In this document: positions 18,395 to 29,457 of the stretch, piece by piece | Position numbering within the stretch: position 1 is the first letter of the stretch | Layout of the letters: each line of letters starts with the position of its first letter | Assembly (NCBI GenBank): GCA_964399615.1 | Contig: CAYNTE010000006.1 | Coordinates: 1-37,640 of the forward strand | Reading direction: 5' to 3' | Source of the DNA: an uncultured Thermomicrobiales bacterium | GTDB taxonomy: Bacteria; Chloroflexota; Chloroflexia; Thermomicrobiales; CFX8 | Length of the DNA: 37,640 bases | Made by a program: the position numbers and the translations under genes | The notes under the pieces: generated by a model | Databases searched by the model: none | What the model was told of the DNA's origin: nothing | The model's input: only the letters and a program-made list of their open reading frames with translations

Positions 18395-18655
18395 ATGGCA
18401 AACACAGAATCACGTCGAAAACGAAGCAAAGCTGAGATCAAGGCCTACGAAGCTCGCCGGGCAGCCGAACGCGCCCGTGTCGCGCATCGCACGGCCGACA
18501 ACGATGCCGGCGAAGTCGTCGTGACCACCGCAGACCACACGTATGTCATGAGCCGGGACGACGAATACGCTGTGGTACGAGAAGACCTCATTCGCCTGGG
18601 CATCATCGTCGCGGTCCTGCTAGCCGTCCTGATTGCGATGACCTTCATCATTTAG
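18395..18655 (+). CDS. Hypothetical small tail-anchored membrane protein
   Basis: 86 aa with a basic helical N-terminus (RRKRSKAEIKAYEARRAAERARVAHR) and a single C-terminal TM segment (LGIIVAVLLAVLIAMTFII). I recognise no family. Confidence 0.5.
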   Translation: MANTESRRKRSKAEIKAYEARRAAERARVAHRTADNDAGEVVVTTADHTYVMSRDDEYAVVREDLIRLGIIVAVLLAVLIAMTFII

Positions 18656-18678
18656 CGCTGGGCATTAAACATATTGCA

Positions 18679-18712
18679 AAAAGGCGGATGTCATTCTTGA
18701 CACCCGCCTTTT
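18679..18712. terminator. Bidirectional intrinsic terminator between convergent genes
   Basis: The sequence AAAAGGCGGATGTC-attctt-GACACCCGCCTTTT forms a ~13-bp stem with one mismatch. It is flanked by an A-tract and a T-tract, so it can terminate both strands. Confidence 0.75.
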
Positions 18713-18742
18713 ACTTGCGCGCTGATTGTCCAAGCTTAAGCG

Positions 18743-19636
18743 CTAGTCTGCGTCGTCACCGAGATCGAGGTCATCGTCGTCGTCGAATGCACTCTTTTCT
18801 TCGCTTTCGTCAGTCAGAGCACTATCCTCACCGTCAAGCTCATCGAGCTCTGCGTCGGGGTCCAGCGTTTCTTCCTCTTCGATCTCTTCGTCGTCGTCGG
18901 TGGGAATGATGAGGTCGTTTTCATCGGCACGGAAGAGCCGGGAATCCCGGACGTATGCGCGTGGCACCGCAGCGTTGACCTGCTGTGGGAATGACATGAT
19001 GTGTGCCATCTCCGGTGAGCGGCTGACCTCTCGCACGATGACTCGTACCTGGTCACCGGCATTGGCGGTAACGAAGATCTCGTACTCGTTGCCCTTGTCC
19101 ATCAAATGCATCAAGCGTCTGGCCAAGCGAGGTTCTGGCTGGCCGATGACTTGATCGTCCTCGTCGACCAGATAGAGCTCACCGTCTTCCCGGCGTATTT
19201 GGAGCTTCTCGCCGGCCGAAAGTGTGCGTAGCACGGCAGAGGGCGCGACGTTGATGAGCTCGTCGACGTACGTCTTGCCAGCTTCTTCAACAAACGCTCC
19301 GTAGCGAGCGGGCGGGAGCTTTGCTGAATCCGAATCAAGGTCTTCCTCAATGTCTCGAAGCGGTTCGATTCGCTCCATGTTTCGCCGGGCGATGATGTTG
19401 GCCGGGTCAGCTTCGAGCGCTGCCGCATACGACTCGTACGCAGAGCGGTAACGGTGCAGTTCGAAATATGCCTTGCCGAGTCGATTGAGTGCATCCACGT
19501 CGCGGGGAGAACGCTCGATCAATTGCTGGTTCACCCCGATCGCATCTTCCCAGCGCCCTTCAATGGCTAGCTGGCGAGCGAATGCAGCCATCTCCCTGAT
19601 GGCTTTGGATCTTGAAGTAGTACCTGGAAACGACAT
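18743..19636 (-). CDS. TPR-repeat protein with polyacidic C-terminal tail
   Basis: 297 aa from the ATG at 19636, with GAGGAG upstream. The N-terminal TPR-like helices are GRWEDAIGVNQQLIERSPRDVDALNRLGKAYFELHRYRSAYESYAAALEADP. The last ~65 aa are dominated by D/E (DDDEEIEEEE...DDDDDLDLGDDAD). Confidence 0.7.
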   Translation of the reverse strand: MSFPGTTSRSKAIREMAAFARQLAIEGRWEDAIGVNQQLIERSPRDVDALNRLGKAYFELHRYRSAYESYAAALEADPANIIARRNMERIEPLRDIEEDLDSDSAKLPPARYGAFVEEAGKTYVDELINVAPSAVLRTLSAGEKLQIRREDGELYLVDEDDQVIGQPEPRLARRLMHLMDKGNEYEIFVTANAGDQVRVIVREVSRSPEMAHIMSFPQQVNAAVPRAYVRDSRLFRADENDLIIPTDDDEEIEEEETLDPDAELDELDGEDSALTDESEEKSAFDDDDDLDLGDDAD

Positions 19637-19690
19637 CGTGCTGAATTCTCCTCTTGACACTTGCGTGAACGTCGATGATACACAGACTGG

Positions 19691-21064
19691 TTAAACCGGC
19701 GAGGTGATGCTTAGTGGTTCTCCGATCGTATACCACGTGGTTGACCGTTGAATTTCAACTTCGACGAGCTGTCCGGTCCAGTCCCCGGTTGCCTCGAAGA
19801 AGACGAGCTGATTGCCGCGTGTTCTGCCGCGCCAGCGACCCTTGGCAAATCCATCGACCAGAATCTCCTGGCGCGTGCCGACCAGCCGTTTGTGACTCCG
19901 CGCGCTGACACCACGTTGCAGTGCTTCGACCTCCTGATGACGGGCATGCTTGACCTCGTGAGGAATGTCATCCTCCCAGCGTGCCGAGAGGGTGCCAGGG
20001 CGAGGCGAATACATAGCAACGTGCACTTTGTCGAATTGCATATCGTCGAGCAAAGCCATCGTGTTCTGGAACTGCTCGTTAGTCTCACCCGGGAAGCCAA
20101 CGATGATGTCGGTCGCGAGCGTGACGCCTGGGATTGTTTCTCGAATCTTTGCGATGCGGTCACGATAATGCTCATGCGTGTAGGTTCGGCGCATGCGGCG
20201 TAGCACTTCGTTGTCTCCGGCCTGTACTGGCAGGTTCACATGCTCGCAGAGCTTTGGAAGGTCTGCAATCGTCTCGATGAGTTTGTCGGAGAAGTACTTC
20301 GGATGCGAAGTTAGAAACCGGATGCGCTCGATGCCATCGATATCGTTGACGGCGGTCAGCAAATCAGCGAGGTCCTGACCCTCTGGGAGATCGTGTCCGT
20401 AGGCGTTTACAGTCTGGCCGAGCAGCGTCACCTCTCGTACGCCCTGATCGGCAAGGCTGCGAACCTCCTCAACGATCTCGTTGAACGGGCGGCTGATCTC
20501 GCGCCCGCGGCGGTATGGGACGATGCAATATGAGCAAACGAAGTTGCAACCGTAGATGATCGGCACATAGGCGGTGACTTGCGCGCTGGCTGGACTCTCC
20601 TCGTAATAATGCGGTAGCTCGGCCAAATCCAGATCAATGTCTCGTAACTCGGGGACCAGCTCCGGCAAGCGGCCGAAATCGGACGGCTCGAAGAAGAGAT
20701 CGACGTAGGGATACTGCTCCTTGAGCTTGTCTTCCTGGCCCGTGACCATGCAGCCGGTGACAGCGATCTTGACGTCTGGACGCTCGCGCTTGATTTGTAA
20801 GAGTGAGCCGACCTTGCCGCGCACTTTGTCTTCTGCCGCCTGGCGCACGACGCAGGAGTTGAGGACGATGATGTCGGCTAAGCTCTCATCCTGAGCCTGG
20901 TGGTAACCAGCCTGGTTCAGAATCGCCTCGACTTTGGCCGATTCCGCTTCATTCATTTGGCAGCCGATTGTCCAGACAAAGTAGTGCTTGTCATCTGGTG
21001 AACTCGAGTGATTCGGTTCCCGCGGTGACGTGTCCGTCTTCGGCTGAAGGTGCAGGAGTTCCAC
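19691..21064 (-). CDS. miaB: tRNA-2-methylthio-N6-dimethylallyladenosine synthase (radical SAM methylthiotransferase)
   Basis: Has the N-terminal MTTase Cys region (WTIGCQMNEAES), the radical-SAM motif CNFVCSYCIVP (Cx3Cx2C) and a C-terminal TRAM-like domain. I prefer the GTG start at 21064, which follows AAGGAG. The 68 aa upstream in the ORF track are Arg-rich and non-homologous. Confidence 0.9.
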   Translation of the reverse strand: MELLHLQPKTDTSPREPNHSSSPDDKHYFVWTIGCQMNEAESAKVEAILNQAGYHQAQDESLADIIVLNSCVVRQAAEDKVRGKVGSLLQIKRERPDVKIAVTGCMVTGQEDKLKEQYPYVDLFFEPSDFGRLPELVPELRDIDLDLAELPHYYEESPASAQVTAYVPIIYGCNFVCSYCIVPYRRGREISRPFNEIVEEVRSLADQGVREVTLLGQTVNAYGHDLPEGQDLADLLTAVNDIDGIERIRFLTSHPKYFSDKLIETIADLPKLCEHVNLPVQAGDNEVLRRMRRTYTHEHYRDRIAKIRETIPGVTLATDIIVGFPGETNEQFQNTMALLDDMQFDKVHVAMYSPRPGTLSARWEDDIPHEVKHARHQEVEALQRGVSARSHKRLVGTRQEILVDGFAKGRWRGRTRGNQLVFFEATGDWTGQLVEVEIQRSTTWYTIGEPLSITSPV

Positions 21065-21436
21065 GCTTGCTCCTTTTCGATTCCGGCGCGCTCCGAAGCG
21101 TCGCAGCAGCAGTAGATTATACCGATTCTTTCGGTCCGGGCTGAGAGATCTGGATAACCTTCTTCGTCTGCGGAGCGTTGGCAGGGCGTGGCAAAGGTAC
21201 GAGATGCCCACAACGTTTCGGAAATCCTGATAGTGGCATTCGTTCGTTCGGATTGAGTTGTGCCACACGTTGGGGCCATGTAGAATCGATGTTGCCTCGA
21301 CGAGCTATGACTAATTGGCACAGTATGGGGAAGCATCCAACCAGCTCACCCTTTGGGCGATGCTGTCGCGCATAACCGTTGGACGCCTGTGCCACAAATA
21401 GTCGGATCGTAAAGACTATTGGGGGGAACCGTGGGG

Positions 21437-22552
21437 ATGCGCCGCAAGTGCGGGACATGCCGCTATTGGGAGGAAGCCGGAATTGCCAACTCAGGGATTT
21501 GTACACACCCACAGAGAAGTGACTTAAGAGACGTACTGCTCGTTCGACGCAACGAGCTTGCCTGCCGCAATCCGTGGGACGATGATCTGTGGCAGCCGCG
21601 GCCTGGACTTGAGACCGAAACAGCAGACGAACATGACGAGGCAGATCGTGACGGGCATGCGATCGTTGATGTGCCTCAGCCAGCCGCACCGCTGGAAAAC
21701 CCAACGGACCGCGTTACTGATGTGGCGGTGCGCCGACGAGTTGGCCCAATGCCACGCCCACACGGCTGGCCGTATTCTGCGCAGCATCAGAGCGATCATC
21801 TGGGTGAGCAGTCACACGACCAGGACGCGCGACAGACTCCCTTCCGCGTTGGCGTTGACGATGTGGCCGCATGGTTGGATGAGGCTGACGATACGAATCC
21901 GGTGCGGCGGACGATCGATTTCGCTAGGCATGGGTCGTCGGGCACGCAATCTGGCTCGTGGTCACCTAGCGATCATTCGTATACAGAGCAGCTCTCCCCG
22001 ATCACAGGTGGATCTCAGGCAGCTGAGGTCGAACCATCGCTCGACATGCCGCCCACGTTCCTGCAGCCGACTGATCCGCTGCCGGACATAAAGCAAATGG
22101 TCGACGACTATTCTGAGGCGCCGACTGAGCCGAGTCCCAGCGTGTTGACCGACAACGCAACATTTGAGATTCATCAGCAACCACCGACCTTTACTCCAGA
22201 GCCTGTCTCGCGACCTTCGGCCTCGAAGAAGCGAGAGCGACCTCCGGCGCAAGCGACCGATCCGATCGATTCGGTGCCTTGGGCAGCGAGCATCCCGCGT
22301 TGTTGTGAGACGTGCCGGGACTTCCGTCGCAATCAGGATGGCGCAACTGGCGTTTGCACCAATCCATGGGCATTCGCTGACCGGACAAACGCTGTGGTAA
22401 AGTCCGACCAGCTTGCTTGCCGGTCAAGTATCGGTGTTTGGTGGCTGCCAAACGATGACGCATGGCGTGGCAAATTCGATACCGAGGAGCGGACTCGACC
22501 GACTCCACGGCTTGATGAGTTGCTACGTGATCGGGACAAGAAGCGGTATTAG
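21437..22552 (+). CDS. Hypothetical protein: two homologous 4-Cys modules flanking a long disordered linker
   Basis: 371 aa from the ATG at 21437; an in-frame TTG at 21419 is also possible. The N-terminal module is RKCGTCRYWEEAGIANSGICTHP...ELACR. The C-terminal module is RCCETCRDFRRNQDGATGVCTNP...QLACR. The two align without gaps, both as C-x2-C-x13-C-x20-C. The middle ~240 aa are P/S/T/D/E/Q-rich. Confidence 0.65.
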   Translation: MRRKCGTCRYWEEAGIANSGICTHPQRSDLRDVLLVRRNELACRNPWDDDLWQPRPGLETETADEHDEADRDGHAIVDVPQPAAPLENPTDRVTDVAVRRRVGPMPRPHGWPYSAQHQSDHLGEQSHDQDARQTPFRVGVDDVAAWLDEADDTNPVRRTIDFARHGSSGTQSGSWSPSDHSYTEQLSPITGGSQAAEVEPSLDMPPTFLQPTDPLPDIKQMVDDYSEAPTEPSPSVLTDNATFEIHQQPPTFTPEPVSRPSASKKRERPPAQATDPIDSVPWAASIPRCCETCRDFRRNQDGATGVCTNPWAFADRTNAVVKSDQLACRSSIGVWWLPNDDAWRGKFDTEERTRPTPRLDELLRDRDKKRY

Positions 22553-22652
22553 GGAACACGGTGAATGACGCCAGCGAGAGTCGTTGTTCACCACTCGAGC
22601 TCACGATGGGGATGGTGAGTTCAATCTTCGGCGAGGGGCGTAATCGCGCGAG

Positions 22653-23582
22653 ATGTCTGATCTAGGCGATCTTCTTCGTCGTGCACGAGCCTACAAGGGT
22701 GCAACGCTGCGTGATGCTGAGCGCGTGACGCGGATTAATCGCAATTACCTTGCAGCGATCGAAGCGCACGATTTTGATGAACTTCCGCCCCGTGCTTATG
22801 CGCGGGGGATAGTGCGCAACTACGCGCAATATCTCGGCCTTGACCCGGCCGTTGTACTCAATCTCTACGATGAAGCCGCAGGTGAGGTCGACGAAGCAGA
22901 GCCAGAGGATGTTGTGCCTCAGGTAAGCTCCGTCGATATTCATGCAAACTGGGCACCCAACTTCGCCATTATCGCGTTCATGCTGATCGTCTCATTTGTT
23001 GCCTTCACTTGGATTTATTCAGCTTATCTCCAGCCAGCCGAAGAAGAGCTCCCGACTGTTGCCGTTCAACCCACGGCTACTCCGGTCGAAGAGTCGTTGC
23101 TTGCGCTAGTTGCCGAGACGGCTACGGCTGACCTTGAGGCATCAAACTCAGCGACCGCTACGAACACAGCCGAGGCTTCGCCAGCTGCAACTGAAACCCC
23201 GCCTCCGGTGTCCAATGAACCTAGCGATGAGTCCGACGGTAGTGCCGCGAGCGATGTTGGTACCAACGATGTAGCGGCGAGCACAGACTCGACTGATAGC
23301 ACGGAATCGACCTACAACACGGTGGGAGAGGTTGAGACGAGCGGCGCCCACACGTTCTCCGTCTTCGCGGATGAAGAAGTGTGGGTTCAGATCACTATCA
23401 ATGGCGGGACCGTTGTCTTTGACGGTGTCGTACCGGCCGATGGCTGGACAGACGCCTTCTACGGAGACTCCGCAACTATCACTTCCGGAAACGCCGAGTT
23501 CGTGCGTGTCTTCGTCGATGGCGAAGACTGGGGAAAACTTGGTGGCGGCACCCCGTGGGATGCTGTAGTCACCTATCCATGA
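22653..23582 (+). CDS. rodZ: RodZ-like cytoskeleton/cell-shape protein (HTH + TM + DUF4115)
   Basis: The N-terminal Xre-type HTH reads LGDLLRRARAYKGATLRDAERVTRINRNYLAAIE..RAYARGIVRNYAQYLGLD. It has one TM segment (FAIIAFMLIVSFVAFTWIY), a low-complexity S/T/A/E linker and a C-terminal RodZ_C-like beta domain. Confidence 0.8.
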   Translation: MSDLGDLLRRARAYKGATLRDAERVTRINRNYLAAIEAHDFDELPPRAYARGIVRNYAQYLGLDPAVVLNLYDEAAGEVDEAEPEDVVPQVSSVDIHANWAPNFAIIAFMLIVSFVAFTWIYSAYLQPAEEELPTVAVQPTATPVEESLLALVAETATADLEASNSATATNTAEASPAATETPPPVSNEPSDESDGSAASDVGTNDVAASTDSTDSTESTYNTVGEVETSGAHTFSVFADEEVWVQITINGGTVVFDGVVPADGWTDAFYGDSATITSGNAEFVRVFVDGEDWGKLGGGTPWDAVVTYP

Positions 23583-23609
23583 TCGCTGACCGCAGGCTAC
23601 CTGGCTAGC

Positions 23610-24038
23610 ATGACGGGACCAGGGGTCTTTACGAATCCATATCATGCAAATCGAACCGTGACCGGCCGGATCGTGACCGTGTTACAGGGTAAGCGGCCTG
23701 ATCGCGGACTCAAGCTCGAGCGGCTGGATTCTCGTGCGGTGGTGCGTGGAGCCATCCATGAATTGATGGTTACCAATGAGCCGGCTCAGCCCGGTGACGA
23801 CGTGGATCGTGTCGGACTGATCGGCTTTTTCGAAGTCGAAGCAGCCGGCGTCATCCTGGTAGGGTCCGAAGTTCGTGTTGACGGTAGCCCAGTCGGGCAC
23901 GTTTGTGGATTCGACAATACGCACATGCCCAACCATCAGAACATTTGTATCAAGGCGCAGAAATTGGTCGACGCAATAGACCTTGGGGTGGATCTCAAAA
24001 GCGAAGTTTCGTTCCACTTTCGGCCGGCGGCGCAGTAG
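23610..24038 (+). CDS. Hypothetical protein
   Basis: 142-aa ORF starting 27 nt after rodZ on the same strand. It has no obvious SD and I recognise no family. The overlapping minus-strand ORF (23682-24017) looks less protein-like. Confidence 0.45.
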   Translation: MTGPGVFTNPYHANRTVTGRIVTVLQGKRPDRGLKLERLDSRAVVRGAIHELMVTNEPAQPGDDVDRVGLIGFFEVEAAGVILVGSEVRVDGSPVGHVCGFDNTHMPNHQNICIKAQKLVDAIDLGVDLKSEVSFHFRPAAQ

Positions 24039-24042
24039 GGGA

Positions 24043-24969
24043 TTACGATTTCGCGTGCGCTTTGATTTCGCCCGGTGTCGGTAGTTTCGGCACCACCACC
24101 GTGACGCCGCGCTCTTGAATCTCGATCGTTACCGGCAGCTCACCATAATAGCTACCGTCGAATTCGACGGGAACTGGCCTATCAGATGTCACGCTTACCT
24201 TTCGACCTCGGTAGTGATGGTGCCAGCGAGAGCGGTAGGGCTTGCGAAGCATGAACCAGAAGACAGTCTCAAGAATCGCTGAAAGAGTCGGTGGGTCGGC
24301 AACGATGACATCCAGCTGACCGTCCATGCGATCGATGCCGCGGCCGACGGTGAAGCGTGGGTGGACGAGTGAACCACCGAGCGCAAACAGGATCATGCGC
24401 GCGCGAACTTGGTACGTTTCGCCATCGACGTCTACTTCTGCGGGGAATGGCTTCTGACGTAGTTCCTGGAGCCCAGGCCAAACGTACGCGACCCAGCGAA
24501 AAATGCGCTTCCACCGGCTGGAAGTCTCGCGCATAATCACAGCGTCGAGTCCAGCTCCGCCCATATGCATGAAGACGGTGCCATCGACTTTGGCGACATC
24601 GAGCGTGACGGTCGTCGTGCCGGTCAGCGCGCAGCGAGCCGAGCCAGATATCGACAGCGGGATGCCAAGATCTTTGGCGATCATGTTGGTTGTACCGCGG
24701 GGAATCAGGGCTAGCCAGACATCGGAATCGATGGCGCCGGTGACAACCTCTGACATCGTGCCGTCTCCGCCCACGGCGATAATGAGGTCAACGTCACTTG
24801 CGTGATCGCGGGCAAGATCTGTCGCGTGGCCCTCGGCCTTAGTTTCAACGATCTTCAGTTCGGTATCAGTCTCGTCCGCGAGACGTTCGAGGACCTTCCG
24901 GACGCGATTGACACTGACCGCACCGGTAGCGGGATTAATAATGGCCAGTGCACGCCGGCGAGGTTCCAT
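24043..24969 (-). CDS. Diacylglycerol kinase-family lipid kinase (YegS/BmrU type)
   Basis: Has the DAGK catalytic-domain motif IIAVGGDGTMSEV and GTTN. I prefer the ATG at 24969, which lies 4 nt after the stop of the upstream 41-codon ORF. Confidence 0.85.
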   Translation of the reverse strand: MEPRRRALAIINPATGAVSVNRVRKVLERLADETDTELKIVETKAEGHATDLARDHASDVDLIIAVGGDGTMSEVVTGAIDSDVWLALIPRGTTNMIAKDLGIPLSISGSARCALTGTTTVTLDVAKVDGTVFMHMGGAGLDAVIMRETSSRWKRIFRWVAYVWPGLQELRQKPFPAEVDVDGETYQVRARMILFALGGSLVHPRFTVGRGIDRMDGQLDVIVADPPTLSAILETVFWFMLRKPYRSRWHHHYRGRKVSVTSDRPVPVEFDGSYYGELPVTIEIQERGVTVVVPKLPTPGEIKAHAKS

Positions 24970-24973
24970 TGCG

Positions 24974-25099
24974 TTAGGCGGGCTCTTCCTCAAAGTCCTC
25001 TTCTGGGCCGAACATCTGATCGATGAGCTTGTCAGCTAGCCAGGTTACTGCGGCGGCGAGCACAAGACCGAGAATACTGCGTACCAGGTTACGGGCCAT
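24974..25099 (-). CDS. Small (41 aa) single-pass membrane protein, not in the ORF track
   Basis: My manual translation is MARNLVRSILGLVLAAAVTWLADKLIDQMFGPEEDFEEEPA. The ATG is preceded by GGAAGGA at good spacing. It has a hydrophobic helix followed by an acidic tail, and its stop is 4 nt before the lipid-kinase ATG. Confidence 0.5.
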   Translation of the reverse strand: MARNLVRSILGLVLAAAVTWLADKLIDQMFGPEEDFEEEPA

Positions 25100-25185
25100 A
25101 TTGGATCCTTCCCATTTCCGATTTGTTTGCATCACCCATTATTAGTGGAATCAATGTGCCTCTTCAAACGATACCCGGTGTTGGG

Positions 25186-25530
25186 TCATCCGGGCGTGTG
25201 CGCAGCACGCCGTACGGTGAGTGTCGCCAGAAGGTAGGTTGCGATCGTAACGGCGATGAGAAAGAGTGTGGCATCGCTCGCGGTCATGCGCTGGATGATC
25301 GGCACATCGAACCCCGGAATTTGCGAAACGATCCAGGATGCCGGCAGCGTGGCAACCGCAATGACTTCCCAGGACACTGTCCAGTCGGGTACACCCATGA
25401 CGGCGAGCGCCAGCCGCAGCCCGAACAACACGAGCAACGTACCGGCCGCTGCGGACCGGAGCAGTTCGCTGAGAGGCGTAGCATTCGGGCCTGGACGCGA
25501 CGGTTCCGGAGGGCTGTCCATCATCTGCAT
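25186..25530 (-). CDS. Hypothetical membrane protein (about 3 TM segments)
   Basis: 114 aa. The ATG is preceded by GGGAGGTGA. Hydrophobic segments are AAAGTLLVLFGLRLALAVMGV, WEVIAVATLPASWIV and TLFLIAVTIATYLLATL. The overlapping alternative frames are Arg/Gly-rich junk. Confidence 0.6.
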   Translation of the reverse strand: MQMMDSPPEPSRPGPNATPLSELLRSAAAGTLLVLFGLRLALAVMGVPDWTVSWEVIAVATLPASWIVSQIPGFDVPIIQRMTASDATLFLIAVTIATYLLATLTVRRAAHTPG

Positions 25531-25619
25531 CGCTCACCTCCCAGCCATCAGCAAATTCGAGGCTTCTTGACGCCGAATTGTACAATAGGAGTATCGTCCG
25601 CCGGATTTTCGAATTGGCC

Positions 25620-25648
25620 TTGACAAGTCCCGTATTCAGGAGTAACAT
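25620..25648 (+). promoter_or_regulatory. Candidate sigma70-type promoter upstream of rpoB
   Basis: TTGACA (25620-25625), an exactly 17-nt spacer, then TAACAT (25643-25648). Confidence 0.6.
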
Positions 25649-25739
25649 TACTAGTTGCTGTTGGAGATGGGCGCAAGCAGAGCGGGACGATTGAACCTCA
25701 ATTTGGGAGAGTTCGTCCGAATTAAATACGAATTCGGTT

Positions 25740-25764
25740 GAGGGAGGCCTTGCCCTCCTTTTTT
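25740..25764 (+). terminator. Intrinsic terminator/attenuator in the rpoB upstream region
   Basis: Stem GAGGG / CCCTC with loop AGGCCTTG, followed by C and a run of six T. It is immediately preceded by a second hairpin, CCGAATT-aaatacg-AATTCGG (25717-25737). It lies 137 nt upstream of the rpoB ATG. Confidence 0.6.
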
Positions 25765-25901
25765 GGCGTTTCTGGTCTCAGGGCCGGGAACGACCGAATC
25801 CGACGACCCCAACGTTGTCTCGCAACATACGTGCCCGGTCCATCTAGCGGAAGATCCGACGCGAAGCGGCCGCGCTACATACTCAGGAGGAGCACAACTG
25901 C

Positions 25902-29387
<3,486 letters not shown>

Positions 29388-29457
29388 CCCGATAAGACCT
29401 ATCACGTGTCTGTTCCGAGTGCCAGAAGCACATAGCGGAAGCCGGTGAGAAGACAGA

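Noticed and set aside
21141-21159. CTGAGAGATCTGGATAACC, which resembles the CUGAGA and UCUGGAUAAU boxes of a TPP riboswitch
   Set aside because: In a real THI element the two boxes are separated by the P3 and J3/2-P4 helices and flanked by pairing partners. Here they are directly fused. I could not build a P1-P5 architecture, and neither flanking gene is thiamine-related.
25666-25740. 24-codon ORF (MGASRAGRLNLNLGEFVRIKYEFG) in the rpoB leader as a leader peptide
   Set aside because: The GGAG is directly adjacent to the ATG, with no spacing, and there is no codon-run signature typical of attenuation peptides. It is kept only as a remark within the rpoB-leader finding.
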